From: Octopus sinensis
Lineage: Eukaryota
Reading direction: 5' to 3'
NCBI RefSeq assembly: GCF_006345805.1
Contig: NC_043023.1
Span: 9,424,001 to 9,488,000 of the forward strand
DNA length: 64,000 nucleotides
The notes beneath the pieces were generated by a model that worked only from the letters and a program-made list of their open reading frames with translations, was not told where the DNA came from and searched no databases. A program made the translations under genes and the position numbers. Positions 52,515-64,000 of this stretch are shown here, in pieces; position 1 is the first letter of the stretch; every line of letters begins with the position of its first letter.

Positions 52515-52740
52515 GTAAGCATTTCAATTTCTATTTTCTTTTATAAACGATTCAAATGCACTGAGACTGTGTCCATCGTACACTGGTAAGCATGACGTGG
52601 TTGAAGTCTGCAGGAAAATCATGGATGTGAAGAGAAATCCAGAATGTTGTCACTTGGGTGAAGGATTATTGACTGGACAGTTAGTTTAGTGCAAGTTTTT
52701 GTAAGCAAGTCACAGTAAGGATATGAGAAAAAGGGAGTGA

Positions 52741-53087
52741 GCGGTTTCTGTGTCACTTCTCTCCGTCAGCACATGCAAATGGTTGCAGGCAGTTTTCTAG
52801 CTAGATTCCTTTGAAACTTCTCGAGTGGTTTTACGTGGATCTTTTTCAATGACGGTCTTCAATTGACCATCATCGATAACAGATGGGTGACCACTACGCT
52901 CACGATCCTCAAGATTCAGGTCTCCACTACCAAATCGTTTAAGCAATTTTCGAGTTGATCACTCACTGGTCATTTCCTCACCAAACTTTCATTGATATCG
53001 CGAGCATTTTCGGCCGCTTTACGTCCTTTTTTTGAAGTTTAATAGCAAAATTGCTCGAATATCGGTCTTGCACTGTTCCATTTCAGA
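52741..53087 (-). mobile_element. mariner transposase N-terminal relic
   Basis: IRAILLLNFKKGRKAAENARDIN, RFGSGDLNLEDRERSGHP. Confidence 0.75.
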
Positions 53088-53247
53088 AGGGTGAAAACAA
53101 TATTAATGCTAATTTATTGATGTCTGTATTATCAGGCAATTGCAAAAGAATGTTTAAAGAAATTCAAAACTGCAAAAATCCAGAATAAATTCTTCATCGT
53201 GCAATACGTTGGTTACTTTTTATTCAGCCTGATATATATATATGTGT

Positions 53248-53368
<121 letters not shown>

Positions 53369-53529
53369 AGAAAAAAGCAACAAGAATTTTGCTTTTTTCT
53401 TGTTTATAATCACCCCACATTATTTTATGGTTAATACCATAAAGATTTCTGCTGCATCTAAGTTAAGTACCGCATTCATGTGAATTCATTGGAACTCACT
53501 TGAATCTTAATTGTGTTACTGAAAAAAAA

Positions 53530-53572
<43 letters not shown>

Positions 53573-53751
53573 ATAATAAATATTAGGGAATAAATATATA
53601 TATATACATATGTATATATATATATATATATAATATAATATATAATATATATATATATATAATTTTTTGTGCTTTGAGCAATTTCTTTATTGATTTATGT
53701 TAATAAAAACAGTATTATTATTTCTTTTCTTTCTTTTTGTCATTATTCCAG

Positions 53752-53875
53752 AAATCTATGGAAGTTAATAGCCTCAAAAATTTTAGTCAACTTGTGCGGT
53801 TCTTTAGCTGCCACTTATCTTACCTTTCTTGTTGGGTTCCAAGCATATATTACAGAAAGAACAGCTGTTTGTAAG
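53752..53875 (+). pseudogene. gene 2 TM2 exon
   Basis: ttccAG acceptor; NLWKLIASKILVNLCGSLAATYLTFLVGFQ...VCK; GTAAGT donor; phase 2 to phase 0, open frame. Confidence 0.87.
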
Positions 53876-54431
53876 GTAAGTGGAAGCACATTTAAAACAG
53901 TAAATATTACGTCTTGTAAAAGCCCAGGCTATAGCACTAAATATTGCATTTTTATGTTTGCGCTGTTCGTTCTTGCATTCTTTAATTTGACCAATGATAA
54001 GTAGTTAGAGTAACTGGCTTAAGATTCTAAATTCGTATGTTCAACTCCTTGATCAAGACTCCTTATTTCAGGTTGCCCCATTACACTCTGCTGGCAAAAA
54101 TGCCTGCTCCCTGTACTTCAAAAGGACCATCGTTGCCACATTTTCTGTCACACTGAATCTCCCTGTGATATACATTAACGGTGCACGTCTCTGTGGATTG
54201 CTCAGCCACTTGCACGTTAATTTCACAATCAGGCTGTTTCGTCAATCGATTCGACTAGAACTCTCATCGTCGAAACCGATGCAGTACCAGTTTTCATTTG
54301 ACAATGATTAACTGTCAGATGATAACATCAATATTTATGATAAGAAATACCAAGTAATGAGTCATCAATTTTTACTTCGTCTAATTGTAATTTTGTCGAC
54401 ATTTTCGCGCTTCCCCTCGCCTATATATAAA

Positions 54432-54826
54432 ACTAGCAGTATCGCCCGGCGTTGCTCGGGTTTGTAAGGGAAATAACTATACAGCATTTTTAGAGAGTTA
54501 TAGCCAAAAAATAGCAAGAAATGCATTAAAAATGGAAAAAAATTATGGTAAATTTTTTTTAAATCGTTGACTCATCGTAGACATTTTTAGAGAGTTACTT
54601 CCCTTTATTAAAAAAATATGCATTAAAATGGAAAAAAATGATGGTAAATTATTTTTAAAATCGTAGACTCATCGTAACGCGCGCTAATACACAGAAGGGC
54701 TCGATATGAATAACGACCATAAGATACCCGGTTTTGGTTAAACTGCATCGCAAAATGTGGGAGTAGTTAGGAATCAAAATCGGAGTAGACAGACACTCAC
54801 ACAACTTCACTTTTATATATAAAGAT
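54432..54826 (+). mobile_element. non-autonomous Helentron/DINE-1-like element
   Basis: same family as 49152-49649; ACTAG start with a cccgg hairpin. Confidence 0.65.
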
Positions 54827-55302
54827 GTCTAGCTCACCTCACATGATTATGCTAGCTTGCTGTTAGGGTTTTATTCTCTCCTTTTGAAACTTTCTATTTA
54901 ATCAAGCAATTTTAAGGAAAAGGTGAGTGCGTCGATCCTTATACCTGATTAGTCATTTCATGTATCGATTCCCAGCGGGGATGAGAGACAAGGTTGAATC
55001 CTGTCATCCCTAAACAGTAGATAGATTAAAATAATAAGCGAGTATTGAGATCGATAGTATCAACTAACCTCGCTGTTTCTCAAACTTGCTCAACTGTCAT
55101 AAAATTGTTAGCATGCCGGACAAAATTCTTAGCAGCATTTCATCCGTTTTTAGATTCTGAGCTCAAATTTCACCTTTCACATTTCGAGATCGATAAAATA
55201 AGTTACAATGCATTCGACTAATCAATTCCCTCAAAATTTCATGCCTTGTGCCAATAGAGGAAAGCTCTATTATTATTAATATTATTATGAGTTAATCATG
55301 AA

Positions 55303-55505
55303 GGCAGCAAGCTGGCAGAATCGTTAGCAAAACAGGTAAAATTCTTTGCAGCATTCCGTCAAATTGAGTTCAAATTCCGCGGAGGGCGAACTTTCCTTTT
55401 ATCCTTTCTGGATCGATTAAATAAATACCAGTTGAGTACTGGGGTCGATGTAATCGACTTACCCACCTCCCCGAAATTGTTGGCCTCATGCAAACATTTG
55501 AAACC
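55303..55505 (+). mobile_element. SINE family C
   Basis: ggcagcaagctggcagaatcgttagc head. Confidence 0.7.
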
Positions 55506-55752
55506 ATTAATATGACGTAATGATAATGTGATGAATTGGCTAAAACCTCGAAGGAAATTCCTTTTCTATATTAAAAGACGTGTTTTTGAGATTTCCGTTG
55601 AAATTTCAGTGGGGTTTATTCTAATGTTTATCCGTCTGTGATCTATAATGCAAAGCAGTAATCGAGGACTGACATCTATACCTGACCCAGGTAAAATAAT
55701 ATATATTCAAGGCCATACATCAGTGTGAGATATTATTTTATTTTTGTTGTAG

Positions 55753-55894
55753 GTAGTGGCAGCTCTCTTACACTACTTCCTCCTGACATCGTTCCTGTGG
55801 ATGATTGTAGAAGCAATTCATATTTATCGAGGCCTGTTTGTATTCAAAACCATTCGGTCATCATTTATCAAGAAGAGTTCAATTTTGGTCTGGA
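55753..55894 (+). pseudogene. gene 2 TM3 exon
   Basis: VVAALLHYFLLTSFLWMIVEAIHIY...SSILVW; same splice contexts as 1583-1727; one codon shorter. Confidence 0.9.
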
Positions 55895-56004
55895 GTATGT
55901 ATAATGTCTTTTTTCTCATTACGTACCAAATTTCGTCTCACTTCCACAGGCACACACACATTCTCTCTCTCTCTCCCTATCATTAATTTCCTATTTCTTT
56001 GTAG

Positions 56005-56268
56005 CTGTTGGCTAGACAAGACAGCTTTCTATTCTGCTTTCCTGGCTCCCGTGGCCATAATTCTCCTCTTCAACATCACTATGTTTTTTGTCGTTATGTG
56101 GCATCTTAACTCAATGCAAAATGACAAGAAATCTGTACACAACACAAAAAAAAACGTGTTTTTGGCATCGTAGGTTTATGTTTCCTACTTGGATTGCCCT
56201 GGGTCTTAGCATTTTGCGCTTTTGATGAAGCTGCAGAGGTGTTTCATCACCTCTTTGCCATCTTCAAT
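56005..56268 (+). pseudogene. misplaced, truncated duplicate of the TM5-7 exon
   Basis: CWLDKTAFYSAFLAPV...; frameshift near 56150; breaks into (CTAT)n after IFN. Confidence 0.88.
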
Positions 56269-56361
56269 CTATCTATCTATCTATCTATCTACCTCAGTAC
56301 TTATATTTTCGAACAAGAGGGTTTAGCGTTCCCACTCAGCACAAAATATTATCTGTGTATC

Positions 56362-56709
56362 GCGGTTTCTGTGTTACTTCTCTCCGTCAGCACATGCAAA
56401 TGGTTGCTGGCAGTTTTCTAGCTAGATTCCTTTGAAACTTCTCGAGTGGTTTTACGTGGATCTTTTTCAATGACGGTCTTTAATTGACCATCATCAATAA
56501 GAGATGGGTGTCCACTACGCTTGCGATCCTCAAGATTCAGCTCTCCACTACCAAATCGTTTAAATAATTTTCGAGTTGATCACTCACTGGTCATTTCCTC
56601 ACCAAACTTTTCATTGATATCGCGAGCATTTTCGGCCGCTTTACGTCCTTTTTTTGAAGTTTAATAGCAAAATTGCTCGAATATCGGTCTTGGACTGGTC
56701 CATTTCAGA
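56362..56709 (-). mobile_element. second copy of the mariner relic
   Basis: near-identical to 52741-53087, with the same left breakpoint gcggtttctg. Confidence 0.8.
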
Positions 56710-57721
56710 TGATTGTAAAACCGGCGAAAACTATATCATATTAATTTTACACATATATTGTCTGAGTTGAAGTGTTATATTTGAGAATTTGTTCATTGGA
56801 AAATGTTTACTTATTGGTTTCATTGAACCAAAAGTGGTGAAAGAAAGAATGAACTTCCATGAGATTTGAACCCTACATTATTTCATTAAATTTGTTATGA
56901 AGACAGTACATAGATTGGGTAGCTTTGCGGGCTGGACAAGACATTGACGAGATGAATGATAATGATACAAAGATGATAAGGATGAGAGAAGACAGAAATC
57001 GCCTGCCGACCCTCTGCTTCTCTATAACATTGATCTTTAACAATACATTACATGAGGCAATGAACCTCTTACAATTCGTCTAAAATGACAACAATAGTAA
57101 TCATTATAAATATATATACATATTTCGGCGCTAAGCCTATTCTTCTTCGCCCCCGACCAGGCTGTAAACTGCCCATAGGTACTGCTCCGGACCCCGGTCG
57201 GGGTCCCAAAACTCGACTCTAAACAAGTCCTTCGTAAAGGAGCCCGATACCCAGTAGGTGTTCAGTTTACTTTTCTCCGTTCAAGAATCATTATTGAAAA
57301 GCATCTAGGGCAGTGCTTTATGTCCTTAATTCTCTGTATTATTATCAATCTTATAATATTTAAAAACAATTTTCAGGCTTCGGATTAAATTCCTGCTGCT
57401 TAAAAACAACCACAGTCTAGATTGCCGATGTCTCTCAATAAAATCAAGGCTTATAAACCCAAGAGCATTATGTCCCGGATTGTTGTTGTTGTTTACCACT
57501 TATTCGGCCCTGATCAGCCAGACCTATAATTGAGGACATTCAATCAGTATATCAAACACTGCAGTGTCCAGTCTATGTTTCATCTTTTAAGATTTTAGGA
57601 CGGGTTTTAAAGAAATTTAGCTGCTATTTCCAGCACACTGAAGACAGTAGACAGGTTTAGATTTCTGTTAGGAGGGATTAAATACCCGACAGCTTAGATA
57701 TTGTAGTATTACAGTAGTATA

Positions 57722-58136
57722 GGAGCAGGAGTGGCTGTGTGGTAAGTAGCTTGTTTACCAACCACATGGTTCCGGGTTCAATCCCACTGCGTGGCACCTT
57801 GGGCAAGTGGCTTCTACTATAGCCTCGGGCCGACCAAAGCCTTGTGAGTGGATTTGGTAGACGGAAACTGAAAGAAGCCCGTCGTATATATGTATATATA
57901 TATATATATATATGCATGTGTGTGTTTGTGTGTCTGTGTTTGTCCCCCTAGCATTGCTTGACAACCAATGCTGGTGTGTTTATGTCCCCGTTACTTAGCG
58001 GTTCGGCAAAAGAGACCGATAGAATAAGTACTGGGCTTAGAAAGAATAAGTCCTGGAGTCGATTTGCTTGACTAAAGGCGGTGCTCCAGCATGGCCGCAG
58101 TCAAATGACTGAAACAAGTAAAAGAGTAAAAAAAGA
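57722..58136 (+). mobile_element. SINE family A, full length
   Basis: family head and tail; lies at the position homologous to the partial copy at 2411. Confidence 0.9.
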
Positions 58137-59224
58137 GTGTAATGTACGTAAATGCCTATGTGATGTTGGCTGAGTTTATCTAATTGGCTGAAAGTGGAAT
58201 AAGATATTAAACGATGATGCAGAGCAATGGTAACACGGATTGTTTTTGTTCGGTGAACTCAGATCTGAAGTATTCTTACGTAACGTTCCCTATTTATAAA
58301 AGTTAGATGAAATGAAAGGAGAACACATAGACTTAAAGTCATTAAGAAATAATCTTATTTCTCATTCACTCGGCCTTCTCATTTCAATAATTTTGACTTT
58401 AGATCAGCCCTACGAATTTATAAACAGAAACATTCTTCACATAACAATCTGCCTTTTTCAGACATGATTTGTCGTAGTTTGTATTATCCAATCTGTCCTT
58501 TTTAAAGAGAATACAGTATTATTCCAGGGATATATAGCAGCAGAACCAATGACAATATAGGAGCTCCTCCGTCATGATAATATTTGTGCTTCTTTCGTGA
58601 CTGGAGCAAAATTCAATTTATACCAGATCTTGGAGAGTGTCCCAACGAAATCAACGTGGAAGAGGAAATATTGATAAGGGCAGAAATTGGGTATTATTTT
58701 TGACTCGAGAAACAGCAGACTCAGCCAACAATAAATGCAGATGACCAATTAGATCCTTATTAGAAATGTAGTATGCTAAACAATCATGATCTCAGCTTGA
58801 ATAAACTGGTAATTTGGAGAGATGTGAAAGTAATTGAAGTGAGATGTAAATATGGGGATACAAAAGTGCATGAAATAAAATATTTACACATTCGTAAGAA
58901 ACGAAAATTACAAAGAAAGAAATTTCCAGGTTAAGTCATTAGAGCAACCTGAAATTACATTTTCATTGAAATAGTTTCACTCCGATCTCATCTCTGAGAT
59001 TTACTCATTTTGCATTTTCAACTGCACTCTCAAGTGCAGGAGTGGCGCAGGAGTGGCTGTGTGGTAAGTAGCTTGCTAACCGAGAAGCAAAAGTCGGCGG
59101 GCGCTTTCTGTCTTCTCCCATCCTTATCATCTTTCTTTCATTATCATTCACCTCATTAATGTCCTCGTCCAGCCCGCAAAGCTAACTTAATCTGTGTACT
59201 GCCTTTATGGCAAATGTTTTGAAA

Positions 59225-59850
59225 TAAAGTAGCTTGCTAACCAACCACATGGTTCCGGGTTCAGTCCCACTGCGTGGCATCTTGGGAAAGTGTCTTCTGC
59301 TATAGCCCCGGGCCGACCAAAGCCTTGTGAGTGGATTTGGTAGATGGAAACTGAAAGAAGCCTGTCGTATATATGTATATATATGTGTATATGTGTATGT
59401 GTGCGTGTATGTTTGTGTGTCTGTGTTTGTCCCCCTAGCATTGCTTGACAACCGATGCTGGTGTGTTTATGTCCCCGTTACTTAGCGGTTCGGCAAAAGA
59501 GACCGATAAAATAAGTACTAGGCTTACAAAGAATAAGTCGCGGGGTCGAGTTCCTAGATTAAAGGCGGTGCTCCAGCATGCCCGCTGTCAAATGACTGAA
59601 ACAAGTAAAAGAGTAAAAGAGTATATATATGTATGTCTGTGTATGTGATTGTGTGTCTGTGCTTGTCCCCCTAGCATTGCTTGACAACCGATGCTGGTGT
59701 GTTTATGTCCCCGTTACATAGCGGTTCGGCAAAAGAGACCGATAAAATAAGTACTGGGCTTAAAAAGAATAAGTCCTGGGGTCGATTTGCTCGACTAAAG
59801 GCGGTGCTCCAGCATGGCCGCAGTCAAATGACTGAAACAAGTAAAAGAGT
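59225..59850 (+). mobile_element. SINE family A followed by a duplicated 3' half
   Basis: tail present at about 59420-59620 and again at about 59655-59850. Confidence 0.85.
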
Positions 59851-60225
59851 ATATATTTGTATGTCTGTATGTCTGTAATGACTGAAACAAGTAAAAGAGT
59901 AAAGAGTAAAGAGTAAGTGAACTGCTGCAAGTAATTTATTAGTTGGTGCATTCAGTGAGTGAAGTCAGTGAAAATAAGTTAGTGAGACAGAATTTTTGTT
60001 GTCTTCCTTTTAGTTTAGTCTTTTCACCATCGTCCAGAGCATCCAGTAATTTTTACTCTTTTTTTCCACCTGAAACAGTTGATAGAATCGAAATTTTATG
60101 TTAGTCATAAGTATTCCTAAAAACCACAGGAGTAAATGCCAAGGAGTGATACGAAATAAAATATTGATTTCTTCTGGACAAAACACAATAAACTACATTG
60201 ATTCAAATTTCATATCTCTTTTTAC

Positions 60226-60639
60226 TCTTTACTCTTTTACTTGTTTCAGTCATTTGACTGCGGCCATGCTGGAGCACCGCCTTTAATCGATGAACTCGAC
60301 TCCGGGACTTATTCTTTTGTAAGCCCGGTACTTATTCTATCGGTGTCTTTTGCCGAACCGCTCAGTAACGGGGACATAAACACACCAGCATCGGTTGTCA
60401 AGCAATGCTAGGGGGACAAACACACACACATAAACATATACACTCACATACATATATATATATATACATATATACGACAGGCTTCTTTCAGTTTCCATCT
60501 ACCAAATCCACTCACAAGGCTTTGGTCGGTCCGGGGCTATAGTAGAAGACACTTGCCCAAGGTGCCATGCAGTGGGACTGAACCCGGAACCATGTGGTTG
60601 GTAAGCAAGCTACTTCACCACACAGCCACTCCTGCGCCT
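60226..60639 (-). mobile_element. SINE family A, full length
   Basis: reverse complement of the family consensus. Confidence 0.9.
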
Positions 60640-60711
60640 CATATATTTATAATTATAAATTTTCATTAACATCTACATATGTTTATTCCTTTCTGTAACT
60701 ATCGTTGTCAG

Positions 60712-60784
60712 GTCTTCCAGCAGTCATTGTCGTGATTACTCTGGCTATTAGGAACACAAAAAATTACATCAAAATTGAACAAGG
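60712..60784 (+). pseudogene. gene 2 TM4 exon
   Basis: LPAVIVVITLAIRNTKNYIKIEQ-G; 73 nt; same splice contexts as 3943-4015. Confidence 0.9.
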
Positions 60785-61284
60785 GTAAGTATTTATATAT
60801 TTACTGGCCTAATTTTCTCTGGTCTTCACAGCTAATATTTATGCGTTCAATATTATAGAATAATTTCTAATATTAGCATGGGAAGAAAAACTTAATTTGT
60901 TATTAATACAATATGTTCTATATTATATAATAATTAAATTGAAATAAATACTATCTTTGTGGAAGCGTAATGCCCCAATGCTTAGGGCAGCGGACTCGTG
61001 GTCGTAGTATCGCGGTTTCGATTCCCAGACCGGGCATTGTGAGTATTTATTGAGCAAAAGCACCTAAAGCTCCACGACGCTCCGGCAGGGGTGAGTAAGC
61101 TGCCATCGAGATAAAGCTACGGCATTGATTCTTGGTAGCTATACACTGATAATGTTTATTTTCTTTCCGTGTATCCCACCTTTCAGATCACTAAGACTGT
61201 ATATGTAGTCAGTCTTACTGACGCATAACTTAAAAAAAATATGGGGGTTAAATAACATACAAAAATAAAACTAAAGATAGTATA

Positions 61285-61799
61285 TGGTGACCCCCTTCGG
61301 TCATGAATGACCATGGGATTGCACCTAGAGAGTTACCCTCCGAGGCACAAGTCTGGGCAAAGTTGTTTATGGAGGACCAGCAGTCGCCCATAATACCAGC
61401 CTCTCCTCTCCACGCCACCGATGTTATCCAAGGGAAAGGCAAAGGTCATACAGCTTGGCACCAGCGACGTCGCAGCTCATATATTAACGTGCAAGTGGCT
61501 GAGCACTCCACAGATACGTGTACCCTTAACGTAGTTCTCAGGGAGATTCAGCGTGACACAGAGTGTGACAAGGCTGGCTCCTTTGAAATACAGATACAAC
61601 AGAAACAGGAGGAAAGAGCGAGAGAAAGTTGTGGTGAAAGAGAACAGCAGGGTTCACCCTCACTTCCCCCTGCCGGAGCCTCGTGGAACTTTAGGTGTTT
61701 TTGCTCAATACATACTCACAATGCCCGGTCTGGGAATCGAAACCGTGATACTACGACCACGAGTCCGCTGCCCTAACCACTGGGGCATTACGCCTCCAC
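61285..61799 (-). mobile_element. SINE family B, full length, with a probable aaagatagtat target-site duplication
   Basis: head at about 61720-61798; aaagatagtat near 61273 and near 61800. Confidence 0.85.
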
Positions 61800-63398
61800 A
61801 AAGATAGTATTTATTTCAATTTAATTATTATATAATATAGAACATATTGTGTTAATAACAAATTAAGTTTTTCTTCCCATGCTAATATTAGAAATTCTTG
61901 AAAAATACCAAAACGCTGGAGATATTACTACAAACAGCTGTGACTGAAATTACTCAAAGCAATCGGGTGCCTTTTCTTTTAACATCGCAGGTATCAATGA
62001 GGCTGACAGTTCTAAGTCTTTGAATCACTATATCTACTTTGTATGCATGTATATATTTGTTTTTATACGTGTGTTTGTGAATGTATGTGTTTGTGTGTAT
62101 GTGTGTGTGTGTGTGTGTGTCTGTGTCCGTGTCGGTGTTTGGTGTAATAGTAGTTTTCGATAGGATGAGCAAAAATACGATCGAATCAATGAGAGAAATA
62201 TTATTGAATAAATACTCAAAAATTTCATACTCGAAGAGAACAAAATTCAGTCGTGTTCATATAAGGGTTACGGTGTACGATCCCGTAATCATCCAAGCTC
62301 ATGTAACTCGACTGCTCAATGAGAATATACAATAAAGTTCATGATGAAATGAATTGAGTTCAAGGGGAATAATCCTCGCCTCGGAAGCTACCTTGTGTAT
62401 CTGATGAAAAACCGTCCGTTTGAGACGCAAAAGTGCAGTGATATATCATTAATGATATGCGTGTGTGTGTTTATGGCAAGGAATGATATGATGAGTCATG
62501 TTTTGAAAACACGTGTCAATGCTAAGCTTATAAGCTTTCAGTATTCAAGTATGGTGTCAAAGCCAAGACTGAAGCAGTAGTATTTGAATAGGAGATAGCC
62601 TAATGTTTGTCTAAGCCGGTGAGTGAAATGGCTTCCTCCAATTTGAAAACAGAAAAGTCCTGGGGTCGATTTGCTCGACTTAAAAGGCGATGCTCCAGCA
62701 TGGCCACAGTCAAATGACTGAAACAAGTAAAAAGAGTAAAAAAAAAAAGAGGCTGGGACATCAGTCGCTAAATTATATGAAGCAATTAGATGTGGTATTT
62801 CGACCTATGTGATCGAAATGGTACTAGAGCATTTCTTCATTTTGAAACAGAAAATTTTCCTTCTCAGAGATAAGGCCCGTGTGTAAATGTGTGAAGCAAT
62901 GAAAGTCATTCGATAGGTACGAATGGCAGAGATGCAATGTGACACCAAATACACACCATACAGTGTGATGTGTACAACTTTTAGCGGCACTTCCATCCAC
63001 TGTTTGGTGCACTCGTAGATTCGGAGGCGGGAGTAAACTCTATTTCCTAACTTGATGGCCTACCGCGGCCCTCGGCGGATGATGCTGGGTGCAGCAAAAT
63101 TCAATAACAACAGTTGAGATACAGAAACCCTTGAGCGACTGTACGGGGTGTAAATCGCCTTTTGGGGCTGATCTACACAACGAGTTTTGTGTAGATATGT
63201 CAGGCATGTTCGCCGATGTCGTCGCGGTTGTCTACTCCAACTGACATCAGAACGGAAGCATTCCCAGTTTTGTAAGCTGTACAATAGCAATCTTAGTAAG
63301 GGAAGACGCGAACATGGATGGAGTGTGTAATCGAAAATTTCCAGCACATGATTCTACTTAACACAAAGATTTATCATTAATTTTCTATTTCTTTGTAG

Positions 63399-63783
63399 CT
63401 GTTGGCTAGACAAGACAGCTTTCTACGCTGCTTTCCTGGCTCCCGTGGCCATAATTCTCCTCTTCAACATCACTATGTTTTTTGTCGTTATGTGGCATCT
63501 CAACTCAATGCAAAATGACAAGAAATCTGTACACAACACAAAAAAAGACGTGTTTTTGGCATCGTAGGTTTATGTTTCCTACTTGGATTGCCCTGGGTCT
63601 TAGCATTTTTCGCTTTTGATGAAGCTGCAGAAGTGTTTCACCTTCTTTTTAATATCTTCAATACCCTTCAAGGAATGTTCATCTTCGTATGCTACTGTAT
63701 ACACAAAAAAGATACCAGAGATGTCATTTGCCTCTTTGTACGTAAACGAAAAGAATGGAGGCAAGTTCAGGAGAATATAAGAA
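63399..63783 (+). pseudogene. gene 2 TM5-TM7 exon with a 1-nt deletion
   Basis: CWLDKTAFYAAFLAPV...HNTKK; premature TAG at 63565-63567; GLPWVLAFF...LQGMFIFVCYC continues in another frame; GTAAGT at 63784. Confidence 0.9.
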
Positions 63784-63861
63784 GTAAGTGTAATTTGGTC
63801 TCTTTTATACTTTTATACCAGCGCAATCGATATTCGCATGATGTTACTATCAATATCTATT

Positions 63862-64000
63862 TCTTTACTACCCACAAGGGGCTAAACACAGAGAGGACAA
63901 ACAAGGACAGACAAACGGATTAAGTCGATTACATCGATCCCAGTGCGCAACTGGTACTTATTTAATCGACCCCGAAAGGATGAACGGCAAAGTCGACCTC
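63862..64000 (-). mobile_element. SINE family C, 3' part, cut by the window edge
   Basis: acaaggacagacaaacggattaagtcgat...ctggtacttatttaatcgaccccgaaaggatgaa. Confidence 0.8.

Noticed and set aside
56145-56173. Programmed -1 frameshift at A-AAA-AAC rescuing the TM5-7 exon
   Set aside because: The gene has other lesions, the second copy has a different run, and no stimulatory structure is evident.
62840-62970. Mariner catalytic-domain relic (LLRDKARV...TPYS)
   Set aside because: Similarity is too short and degraded to support by eye.

Overview
Repeat-rich, AT-rich animal genomic DNA. The tRNA-derived SINE families and microsatellite style point to an octopus/cephalopod (inference). The + strand carries a tandem pair of adhesion-type (GPS + 7TM) GPCR genes. 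Gene 1 shows its last four coding exons (1583-8926); they splice in frame and end in a PDZ-type motif, ETDL*. Gene 2 (about 30.1 kb to the window end) is a decayed paralogue with LRR exons, a broken GPS exon, TM1-TM7 exons, a misplaced duplicate TM5-7 exon and a frameshift shared by both TM5-7 copies. Between the exons are a near-complete Penelope-like element (RT + GIY-YIG), a second PLE fragment, an RTE fragment, R4/Dong-type LINE fragments in (TAA)n tracts, MITEs, Helentron-like elements, mariner relics, three SINE families, a solo 5S rRNA copy and an 8-kb compound TG/TA microsatellite. The main signal outside the ORF track is 11 hand-folded type I hammerhead-ribozyme motifs from several element families, mostly beside (TA)n tracts. 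They include a non-coding tandem array of 464/477-nt hammerhead-delimited monomers (35714-37208) with retrozyme-like/pLTR organisation. All calls were made by eye; repeat boundaries are approximate and nothing was searched or folded computationally.
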